Shown here: one piece after another, positions 49,843-58,019 of the stretch
Position numbering within the stretch: position 1 is the first letter of the stretch
Layout of the letters: each line of letters begins with the position of its first letter
Assembly: GCA_040882445.1 (NCBI GenBank)
Contig: JBBEBH010000020.1
Span: 43,023-107,022 of the forward strand
Direction of reading: 5' to 3'
Origin: Ferruginibacter sp.
GTDB lineage: Bacteria > Bacteroidota > Bacteroidia > Chitinophagales > Chitinophagaceae
DNA length: 64,000 nucleotides
Position numbers and translations under genes: made by a program
The notes under the pieces: model-generated
The model's database searches: none
Told to the model about the DNA's origin: nothing
What the model saw: only the letters and a program-made list of their open reading frames with translations

Positions 49843-50607
49843 TTAACCCATTTTGAATACTTTTTCCGCATTCAGGGTCGTTTGTTTCACAACCATAGCA
49901 ACATCCAAACCTTTAATCTCTGCTATTTTTTTAGCTATTTCTGGTAAATAACTGCTTTCGTTTCTTTTGCCCCTGTGGGGTGCCGGCGACAAATATGGAG
50001 CATCTGTCTCTAACACAATATGTTCTAAACCAATTTTTGGAAGTACTACATCTAAGCCAGCTTTTTTGTAAGTGACCACCCCTCCTATTCCTAATAAAAA
50101 ATTGCAAGCTATAATTTGGTGAGCCTCTTCCAGGGTTCCTCCAAAACAATGAAAAATCCCTTTCAAGGATGTATGTGTATATTTTTGGATCACTTCAATT
50201 GTTTCAGGAATGGCATTGCGTGTGTGCAACACCAATGGTAAATCATACTGCAAAGCCCACTCAATTTGTTTTTCTAATGCTATGTATTGTTCTTCCACAA
50301 AACTTGTATCCCAATAAAAATCTAGTCCGGTTTCCCCAATTGCTGCAAAGTTTCGCTGCTTCAAAAGTTGTTCCACAATGGCCAATTCATTTTTATAATC
50401 CCCTTTTATCGAACAAGGATGAATACCGATCATAGCAAAACAACGTCCTTTGTAACGATCTTCAACAGCCATCATAGCAGCATGAGTTTGGCTGTCGATA
50501 GCAGGAAGGTACATTTTTTGAACACCCTTCTCCCATGCCCTTTGCATCACAGCATCAATATCTACTTCAAATTCTTCTACGTACAAGTGGGTATGACTAT
50601 CAATCAT
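49843..50607 (-). CDS. tatD: TatD family metal-dependent hydrolase (DNase)
   Basis: 254 aa. MIDSHTHL start, [14 protein letters not shown], and ETDAPYL. Confidence 0.9.
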   Translation of the reverse strand: MIDSHTHLYVEEFEVDIDAVMQRAWEKGVQKMYLPAIDSQTHAAMMAVEDRYKGRCFAMIGIHPCSIKGDYKNELAIVEQLLKQRNFAAIGETGLDFYWDTSFVEEQYIALEKQIEWALQYDLPLVLHTRNAIPETIEVIQKYTHTSLKGIFHCFGGTLEEAHQIIACNFLLGIGGVVTYKKAGLDVVLPKIGLEHIVLETDAPYLSPAPHRGKRNESSYLPEIAKKIAEIKGLDVAMVVKQTTLNAEKVFKMG

Positions 50608-50704
50608 GGTGTTGAAAGGGTAAAAAGTTAAAAATAATAAAAATAATTTTGTAGTTTAAAAATACATATTGTAACTTGTTCAAAGTTTTCATAGGGTACG
50701 GATT

Positions 50705-50736
50705 AAAAACGGGCCAGGGTTTCTACCCAGGCCCAC
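50705..50736 (-). terminator. Terminator after the polysaccharide deacetylase gene
   Basis: Minus strand reads gggcctggg tagaaa ccctggccc (one mismatch) followed by gttttt. Confidence 0.6.
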
Positions 50737-50742
50737 TTTTTT

Positions 50743-51378
50743 TTAAGTCTTTCCCACCTTTATCCGCTCAAAACCAAAACCTTTTTCTGCAAAGTATGCT
50801 AGCACTTTAGGTAATGTATACCTCATTTTTTCGCTGGCTTTATCACTATCATGAAAAACAATGATGCTTCCTGGTTTACTGCATAATAATACATTTTGTA
50901 AACAACGCTCCTTAGAGAGGGTTTGATAAAAGTCATAGCTCAATACCGACCACATAACCGTTTTTAGGGGTAAATCAGCAGATGCCAGTTTTCTCACGAG
51001 AGATGATTTTATTTTTCCGTAGGGCGGCCTGAACAAACGGCTATCTATATAATTAGAGGCTTTTACTATATTCTGAAGATATACTTCATTGGGTGTTTGC
51101 CATCCATTTAAATGATCGTAGGTATGATTTCCTACAGCATGCCCTTCTTCTAAAATTCTTTGATAAACATTTGGGTAAGCCGCTACGTTTTTGCCTATAC
51201 AAAAGAAAGTAGCTTTTGCGTTGTACTTTTTTAATTCATCTAATATAAACATGGTATGAAGCGGGTGCGGCCCATCATCGAATGTTAAATAAAGCTCCTT
51301 TTCCTTGGTTTTTACCTCCCAAAGTCGATTTTTATACATCTTTTGAACCCAATTCGGTACTTTTATGAACATAATCAT
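50743..51378 (-). CDS. Polysaccharide deacetylase (CE4/NodB) family protein
   Basis: 211 aa. LTFDDGP and GNHTYDH metal-binding motifs and RPPYG. Confidence 0.85.
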   Translation of the reverse strand: MIMFIKVPNWVQKMYKNRLWEVKTKEKELYLTFDDGPHPLHTMFILDELKKYNAKATFFCIGKNVAAYPNVYQRILEEGHAVGNHTYDHLNGWQTPNEVYLQNIVKASNYIDSRLFRPPYGKIKSSLVRKLASADLPLKTVMWSVLSYDFYQTLSKERCLQNVLLCSKPGSIIVFHDSDKASEKMRYTLPKVLAYFAEKGFGFERIKVGKT

Positions 51379-51459
51379 AGCGCAAAATAATTTTTTTAGC
51401 CGATTAAACGTTCTTATTAACCAATCGTCATAGATTAAGAAAACAATAAATTAAAAATT

Positions 51460-52305
51460 ATGAAACTCACAAAACAACTTTTTGCCAGCATCTTGCTTTC
51501 AAGTTTGCTTTTTACGGCTTGTAAAAAAGAAAGTACTACCGAAACAGATCCTACCGTCGAAGCTACTTTTGAGCTTACCATAGACCAAGCTACTTCAGAA
51601 TTTATGACTGAAGACGACAACGACATTTTAATGGAATCTGCAGAAGATAGAGGTATTTTAGGAAATTTTGCTCCCAACAACCCTATCGAACCAGATAATT
51701 TTCTGCCATGTGCTACAGTAACCGTTACTCCAGCCGTAGGTTTCCCAAAAACCATTCGTATGACTTTTGACTCTACTTGTGTGAGTCCTAGAGGGGTAAG
51801 AAGAAGTGGAGTAGTTCAGGTGGTGATTTCTGACACCCTTCGCAGAGCAGGTAGTAGAGCTGTTATGACTTTTGAAAATTATTACGTAAACCGCTTTAGA
51901 AGAGAAGGAGTTCATACATGGTTAAACACCAGTGAACTAGGTATTCGGAGATGGCGCAGAACTGTTGTAGGTGGAAAAATAACAGGACCAGGTGGAAGAT
52001 TCTGGTTACACGAATCTGATATAATTGTTACACAAACTGCTGGTGTAAGTACACCACAAAGATTAGACGATATATTTTCTATCAGGGGAAACAACAGCGT
52101 AACCAACCCACAAGGTATTACCAGAACTGCGGAAATTATATTGCCTTTACAGAAAAAAGTATCTTGTCACAATATCGATAGCGGTCGTATTCGCTTCGAA
52201 GGCCCCAATCATTTTGCTATTTTGGATTACGGAAATGGAGATTGCGATAGAATAGCAATGATCTCTATCAATGGCCAGCCACCAAGAACAATCATTTTAC
52301 CATAG
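51460..52305 (+). CDS. Hypothetical lipoprotein
   Basis: 281 aa. Lipobox LLFTAC. No recognised domain. Hairpin terminator follows. Confidence 0.6.
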   Translation: MKLTKQLFASILLSSLLFTACKKESTTETDPTVEATFELTIDQATSEFMTEDDNDILMESAEDRGILGNFAPNNPIEPDNFLPCATVTVTPAVGFPKTIRMTFDSTCVSPRGVRRSGVVQVVISDTLRRAGSRAVMTFENYYVNRFRREGVHTWLNTSELGIRRWRRTVVGGKITGPGGRFWLHESDIIVTQTAGVSTPQRLDDIFSIRGNNSVTNPQGITRTAEIILPLQKKVSCHNIDSGRIRFEGPNHFAILDYGNGDCDRIAMISINGQPPRTIILP

Positions 52306-52324
52306 TTTGACTTTCTCATTTTGT

Positions 52325-52353
52325 AAGCCGCTGCTCATTACAGCGGCTTTTTT
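52325..52353 (+). terminator. Rho-independent terminator after the lipoprotein gene
   Basis: Perfect 9-bp stem aagccgctg / cagcggctt followed by T6. Confidence 0.8.
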
Positions 52354-52386
52354 ATGCAAGATGCCACTAAAACGCATTCGTAAACT

Positions 52387-52394
52387 TATATTTG
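52387..52394 (+). promoter_or_regulatory. Candidate -7 box TATATTTG for gltX
   Basis: TAnnTTTG match ending 19 nt upstream of the ATG at 52414. Confidence 0.5.
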
Positions 52395-52413
52395 CAGCCG
52401 GAAACAACCTATT

Positions 52414-53943
52414 ATGCTTCAAAAAAAAGTGAGAGTACGTTTTGCTCCAAGCCCAACCGGTGGTTTGCACTTGGGCGGTGTTAGAACCGTTTTGTACAAC
52501 TATTTATTTGCAAAAAAAAACGGTGGAGAATTTATTGTTAGAATTGAAGATACAGATCAATCAAGATTTGTGGAAGGCGCAGAACAATATATTTTTGATT
52601 GTCTGCAATGGTGTGGCATGGTGCCCGACGAAAGTACACAACATGGTGGTAATTTCGGACCTTATCGCCAGAGTGAAAGAAAAGTTACTTATAAAAAGTA
52701 TGCAGAGATACTTATAGAAAAAGGATTTGCTTATTATGCTTTTGACACTCCCGAAGAATTAGAGCAAATGCGGGCTACTTATAAAACTGACCATAATCCT
52801 TCACCACAATACGATTGGCATGTTCGCTTGAAAATGAAAAATTCGCTTAGCCTTACCCGTGAGGAAGTTCAAAAATTACACGATGAAGGTGCGCGTTATG
52901 TTGTTAGGATCAAAATGCCAGAAAATGATGTCATTCATTTCAACGATATGATTCATGGATTGGTAAGTTTTGAAGCAGGACTGGTAGACGATAAAGTATT
53001 GCTCAAAGCAGATGGAATGCCTACTTATCACCTTGCTGTTGTGGTAGATGATTACCTCATGAAAATAACTCATGCCTTTAGAGGAGAGGAATGGCTGAGC
53101 AGTGCCCCAATTCATATCCTATTATGGAAATACTTGTTCGGATTGGATGAAATGCCTCAATGGGCGCATCTTCCGCTCATCATGGGACCTAGTGGAAAAC
53201 TGAGCAAAAGAGATGGAGCAAAATATGGTTTCCCGGTTTTTGCTATGAATTGGACCGACCCTCGTAACAATGAATTGACGGAAGGATTTAAAGAAAAAGG
53301 ATTTTTACCTGAGGCTTTCATTAATCTTTTAGCAGTGTTGGGATGGAACGATGGCTCAGAAAAAGAAATTTTTTCAATGGAAGAGCTTATAGAAAGTTTT
53401 TCGATAGACCGCGTTCACAAATCAGGTGCAAAGTTTGATTTTGAAAAAGCAAAGTGGTTCAATCAGGAATGGATCAAGCAACTGCCTGTAGAAACTTACG
53501 CGGCAACGATTGAAACAATTTTAACAGAAAAAAATATAAACATTACAGATAATAATTACTTCATCAAAGTGTTGAAATTGGTAAAAGACCGTTGTGTTTT
53601 ACTACCTGATTTTTATGAACAAGCTGGTTATTTTTTTAAGTCACCCGAACAAATAGATACCACTTCTATAATACCTAAGTGGAACGAAAACAAAACATCC
53701 TTTTTTAAAGAATATTGCGATATTCTTTTTTCAATACCTGAATGGAACGCAGTGGCTATAGAAAATTGTTTTAAAGAACTGGCTGAAGTAAAAAGCATCA
53801 AACCAGGAGAATTGCAATTACCAATGCGCATCATGCTGGTAGGTGGTAAATACGGACCAGGTGTTTTCGATATTGCCTACATGATTGGTAAGGAAGCTAC
53901 TATTCAAAGAATCAATAAGGCAATAACTGACATCAATGTATAA
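52414..53943 (+). CDS. gltX: Glutamate--tRNA ligase
   Basis: 509 aa. RFAPSPTGGLHLGG (HIGH-type) and KLSKR (KMSKS) motifs. Confidence 0.95.
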   Translation: MLQKKVRVRFAPSPTGGLHLGGVRTVLYNYLFAKKNGGEFIVRIEDTDQSRFVEGAEQYIFDCLQWCGMVPDESTQHGGNFGPYRQSERKVTYKKYAEILIEKGFAYYAFDTPEELEQMRATYKTDHNPSPQYDWHVRLKMKNSLSLTREEVQKLHDEGARYVVRIKMPENDVIHFNDMIHGLVSFEAGLVDDKVLLKADGMPTYHLAVVVDDYLMKITHAFRGEEWLSSAPIHILLWKYLFGLDEMPQWAHLPLIMGPSGKLSKRDGAKYGFPVFAMNWTDPRNNELTEGFKEKGFLPEAFINLLAVLGWNDGSEKEIFSMEELIESFSIDRVHKSGAKFDFEKAKWFNQEWIKQLPVETYAATIETILTEKNINITDNNYFIKVLKLVKDRCVLLPDFYEQAGYFFKSPEQIDTTSIIPKWNENKTSFFKEYCDILFSIPEWNAVAIENCFKELAEVKSIKPGELQLPMRIMLVGGKYGPGVFDIAYMIGKEATIQRINKAITDINV

Positions 53944-53946
53944 ATT

Positions 53947-54354
53947 ATGAGCAGACCCATCAGAGTTTTAGTAGCAAAAGTTGGCCTAGATGGTCATGAT
54001 AGAGGAGCTAAAATAATTGCCACAGCATTGAGAGATGCTGGCATGGAAGTTATTTATACAGGTCTTCGACAAACACCAGAAATGGTCGTAAACGCTGCGT
54101 TACAAGAAGATGTGGATGCTATTGGTGTAAGCATTTTGAGCGGGGCACACATGACGGTATTTCCAAAAATAATGGATTTACTCAAAGAAAAAAATATGCA
54201 CGATGTATTACTCACCGGTGGTGGCATCATCCCAAATGATGACATGAAAGTGTTAAATGAAATGGGTACCGGAAAATTATTTGCTCCTGGTACAACTACT
54301 ACCGAAATTGCTACTTATATTAAACAATGGGTTAAAAAACATAGAAGTTTTTAA
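53947..54354 (+). CDS. Stand-alone cobalamin (B12)-binding domain protein, methylmalonyl-CoA mutase C-terminal-domain-like
   Basis: 135 aa. DxHxxG motif (DGHDRGAKI), SxL (SILSG), and GGG (TGGGIIP). Starts 3 nt after the gltX stop codon. Confidence 0.85.
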   Translation: MSRPIRVLVAKVGLDGHDRGAKIIATALRDAGMEVIYTGLRQTPEMVVNAALQEDVDAIGVSILSGAHMTVFPKIMDLLKEKNMHDVLLTGGGIIPNDDMKVLNEMGTGKLFAPGTTTTEIATYIKQWVKKHRSF

Positions 54355-54704
54355 CTCTCCGGAATGGTTATACACTTTTCATTTTAATACATACGAAGTG
54401 GTACTACAAACGCTATAAAAAAAGCCAAATTGATATTGGTTGGCATTTCTGTTTACTTAAACAACTTGTACAACAAACTACTTAAGGCTAATGCGGTAGC
54501 ATACAAGTATCGTTTCTAAAATAAATGGGGTAGGTGATTGCAAAATCTAACAGCGATAAAAACTCCAAAAATATCTATTTTGTAACTACGTGTTTTAATG
54601 CAACAGTGAGCAAAAAATATAACAATTCTTAAATAAGTAATGCAAGTTATGAAGGTCATTCTTTCAAGATACCAAAAGCAGTATCTTCGATTTAAAAAAA
54701 TATC

Positions 54705-55490
54705 ATGAGTTATACCAGCATTATTACCGAGATAGAAGACAATATCTGTATCATTACCATCAACAGACCCGATAAATTGAATGCACTCAACAATGATGTA
54801 TTTGCCGATTTAGATAAAGCGATGGATGAAATTATCGCCAATCCAATCATTAAATCTGCTATCATAACAGGTGCTGGTAAAAAAGCATTTGTGGCGGGAG
54901 CAGACATTACAGAATTTGCAGGCCTCAGCAAAGAAGCAGCAATGGCGTTGGCCAAAAGAGGACAAGATGTTTTTTTTAAAATAGAGAACAGTCCGAAACC
55001 CATGGTAGCTGCCGTAAATGGCTTTGCACTCGGAGGTGGATGCGAACTAGCCATGGCTTGTCATTTCAGACTGTGCAGTGAAAATGCAAAGTTTGCACAG
55101 CCAGAGGTAAACCTCGGTTTGATTCCAGGTTATGGAGGCACCCAAAGATTAACCCAACTGATTGGAAAAGGCAAAAGCATGGAATTACAAATGACGGCCC
55201 ACCTGGTTGATGCCAATGAGGCCCTTCAAATGGGATTAGTAAATCATGTGACCAGTTTAGATAGTTTGCTGGAAAGAACTAAAAATATTTTACAAATTAT
55301 TCATTCCAAAGCCCCTGTTGCTATCACAAAAATTATTGAATGTATCAACATGGCCGCAGCAAATGATGGAAATAACAATGGCTACGAAAAAGAAGTTTTG
55401 GCTTTTGGAGATTGTTTTATCACAGAAGATATGAAAGAAGGAACCACCGCTTTTCTTGAAAAAAGAAAAGCTGTTTTTACAGGTAAATAG
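54705..55490 (+). CDS. Enoyl-CoA hydratase/isomerase (crotonase) family protein
   Basis: 261 aa. AAVNGFALGGGCELAMACH oxyanion and catalytic region. Confidence 0.9.
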   Translation: MSYTSIITEIEDNICIITINRPDKLNALNNDVFADLDKAMDEIIANPIIKSAIITGAGKKAFVAGADITEFAGLSKEAAMALAKRGQDVFFKIENSPKPMVAAVNGFALGGGCELAMACHFRLCSENAKFAQPEVNLGLIPGYGGTQRLTQLIGKGKSMELQMTAHLVDANEALQMGLVNHVTSLDSLLERTKNILQIIHSKAPVAITKIIECINMAAANDGNNNGYEKEVLAFGDCFITEDMKEGTTAFLEKRKAVFTGK

Positions 55491-56130
55491 TTTTATACCT
55501 GCAGCAAATTTTAAAGGATAAAGCATACCTACAATAATGATATCGGTTTTGCAAACTGTTAAAAGTAATGTTTGTTTAATGCAGTTATGGCGACTCCGTT
55601 TTTGTGCCAAATATTGAATGTATAAAAAGGAGACAATTAGTATGTTTTGTTATAATACCCATGTTGCCTACAAAGTATTTTAGGGTGTCTGTTCTACTAA
55701 AGAGAATCAGCTCAGCTTTAATAATTACAGTATTTTTAACTCGATACCAACATTTGTAAAATCAATCAATACCTTTTTAACTTTTATATTAAAATGATGG
55801 AATACAAAAATGATGTCAACATTGTAATTTAATCTCAAAGAAGGGTCAAATGAACCATACAAATAGGGCAAACCAGCTAATGTTTTAACAAATACTACAA
55901 TTTAATGTGGTGAATAAGGAAGTTATTTAATGGGTGCATTATTTTTAAAATCTGAAGCTACAACGATCGGTTATGACAGCTAATTAGTATATTTTGAATA
56001 AGTAAAATTATATGACATCATTGATGCAAAAGAAACTAGAACTAAAAAGAATTATGAGGCAATATTTCATAAAATGAAGTTGCCCCTTTAAAAAGCACGA
56101 ATAAATAGTATACAGCTTTTTTAAATGTTT

Positions 56131-56138
56131 TAACTTTG
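56131..56138 (+). promoter_or_regulatory. Candidate -7 box TAACTTTG for fumC
   Basis: TAnnTTTG match ending 15 nt upstream of the ATG at 56154. Confidence 0.5.
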
Positions 56139-56153
56139 CAAAAAATCAGAACT

Positions 56154-57554
56154 ATGGAATATAGAATAGAAAAAGATACCATGGGTGAAGTGCAAGTGCC
56201 ATTGAATGCTTATTACGGAGCGCAAACACAACGGAGCATCGATAATTTTAAAATAGCGCAAGACATTAATAAAATGCCCAAAGAAATCATCAAGGCATTT
56301 GCCTATTTAAAACATGCTGCTGCGCTCACCAATCGGGAAGCAGGTATCCTTACAAAGAAAAAAGCAGATTTGATTGCAAAGGTATCCAAAGAAATACTAG
56401 CATCAAAACTAGATGAGTTTTTTCCATTGGTGGTATGGCAAACGGGTAGTGGCACGCAAAGTAATATGAATGTAAACGAAGTTATTGCTTACCGCGGACA
56501 TGTTTTAAACGGCGGAAAGCTAAGCGATAAAGAAAAATATTTACATCCAAATGATGACGTCAATAAATCGCAAAGTAGCAACGATACATTCCCTACAGCG
56601 ATGCATATTGCGGCATACAAAATTTTGGTAGAAACTACCATTCCAGGTATTACTAAATTGAGAAATACCTTACATAAAAAAGCCAAGTCTTTTAAAAGTA
56701 TTGTAAAAATTGGTAGAACTCATTTTATGGATGCCACACCACTTACCTTGGGCCAGGAATTTAGCGGATATGTATCTCAACTAGATCATGGGCTCAAAGC
56801 AATTAAAAACACATTATCTCATTTGAGTGAGTTAGCCCTCGGTGGAACTGCAGTAGGAACAGGTATCAACACACCTCCAAAATATGATGTGAATGTAGCT
56901 AGGCACATTGCCAAGCTAACTAAATTGCCTTTTAAAACTGCTGAAAATAAATTTGAAGCTTTGGCTGCACACGATGCCATTGTAGAAGCGCATAGTGCTT
57001 TGAAAACGATAGCAGTAAGCTTGATGAAAATTGCCAATGATATTCGTATGCTGTCATCCGGACCTAGGAGTGGTATTGGAGAAATTTTTATACCCGACAA
57101 TGAACCTGGCTCATCTATCATGCCAGGAAAAGTAAATCCTACCCAATGTGAAGCATTAACAATGATTGCAGCGCAGGTGATGGGCAATGATGTTACCATC
57201 AGCATTGCAGGTAGCAATGGTCATTTCGAGTTAAATGTATTTAAACCTGTGATGATCTATAATTTCCTTCACAGTGCACGACTTATAGGAGACGGCTGTG
57301 TTTCTTTCAATGATAAATGTGCTGTGGGTATCCAACCCATCAAAGCAAATATTAAAAAACACTTAGACAATTCTTTAATGTTGGTAACGGCATTGAACAT
57401 CAAAATTGGTTACTATAAATCTGCAGAAATTGCACAAAAAGCACACAAAGAAGGTACCACCCTAAAAGAAATGGCTGTAAAACTAGGCTATGTAACCCCA
57501 AAAGAATTTGACGAATGGGTGATTCCTGCCAATATGGTAGGCACCAACAAATAA
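56154..57554 (+). CDS. fumC: Class II fumarate hydratase
   Basis: Start moved to [13 protein letters not shown]. Signature [11 protein letters not shown]. Typical length of about 466 aa. Confidence 0.95.
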   Translation: MEYRIEKDTMGEVQVPLNAYYGAQTQRSIDNFKIAQDINKMPKEIIKAFAYLKHAAALTNREAGILTKKKADLIAKVSKEILASKLDEFFPLVVWQTGSGTQSNMNVNEVIAYRGHVLNGGKLSDKEKYLHPNDDVNKSQSSNDTFPTAMHIAAYKILVETTIPGITKLRNTLHKKAKSFKSIVKIGRTHFMDATPLTLGQEFSGYVSQLDHGLKAIKNTLSHLSELALGGTAVGTGINTPPKYDVNVARHIAKLTKLPFKTAENKFEALAAHDAIVEAHSALKTIAVSLMKIANDIRMLSSGPRSGIGEIFIPDNEPGSSIMPGKVNPTQCEALTMIAAQVMGNDVTISIAGSNGHFELNVFKPVMIYNFLHSARLIGDGCVSFNDKCAVGIQPIKANIKKHLDNSLMLVTALNIKIGYYKSAEIAQKAHKEGTTLKEMAVKLGYVTPKEFDEWVIPANMVGTNK

Positions 57555-58019
57555 AATAAGAAGCAATTTAAATGGCCTCTTTTTAATAAAATAGTTTAAA
57601 GCTAATCTTTAAAAGATTATCCATTTTCTTCAATTGGAGTCGTTGCTGCGTGCTTCCCAGTCATGATCACCAACGGATTGGTAAAGCTGGGAGCGTTTGA
57701 ATTGTCATCCTCCCAAAAAATGCTCCCCTGCGCAATCCAACAAAGTAGTTGCACAAAACAAGAAAAACCTCGTTTTTACCCGAACCCACATTCAATCTCA
57801 GGTGGGCAATAGGGTACATGCCATCATGTGAAATGCTGTAGCCACTTTCAAATAAAATGTACCCGAACTCTAGGTTTCATAGCAGTTACCTAGTACACTG
57901 CCACGGTATTTTTATATGTGGAAAATTAGAGTAGTTTTCCTATACTTTAACCTTTACATTTTACGTTTTAGTTGTGACCCATTCAATTCATGTAGTTTTT
58001 TTTTGCTTAACCTCTGACT

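Noticed and set aside
49708-49947. 79-aa ORF overlapping tRNA-Ser.
   Set aside because: The region folds into a canonical tRNA-Ser(GGA), and the rest overlaps the 3-prime end of tatD. The ORF is spurious.
51435-51755. 106-aa minus-strand ORF competing with the plus-strand ORF at 51460-52305.
   Set aside because: The plus-strand ORF has a clean lipoprotein signal (LLFTAC), is far longer and ends at a strong terminator. The minus-strand frame is a shadow ORF.
55642-55683. 13-codon mini-ORF preceded by a perfect AAGGAG in the long spacer upstream of fumC.
   Set aside because: Bacteroidota rarely use Shine-Dalgarno pairing. The peptide (MFCYNTHVAYKVF) has no features, and several similar mini-ORFs occur by chance in this spacer.
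57663-57812. 49-codon ORF (MITNGLVKLGAFELSSSQKM...) in the fumC-cargo spacer.
   Set aside because: It has no promoter box or recognisable motif. It coincides with the hairpin-forming patch, and minus-strand frames in the same patch are equally open. Evidence for a coding call is insufficient, so the region is reported as a finding only.
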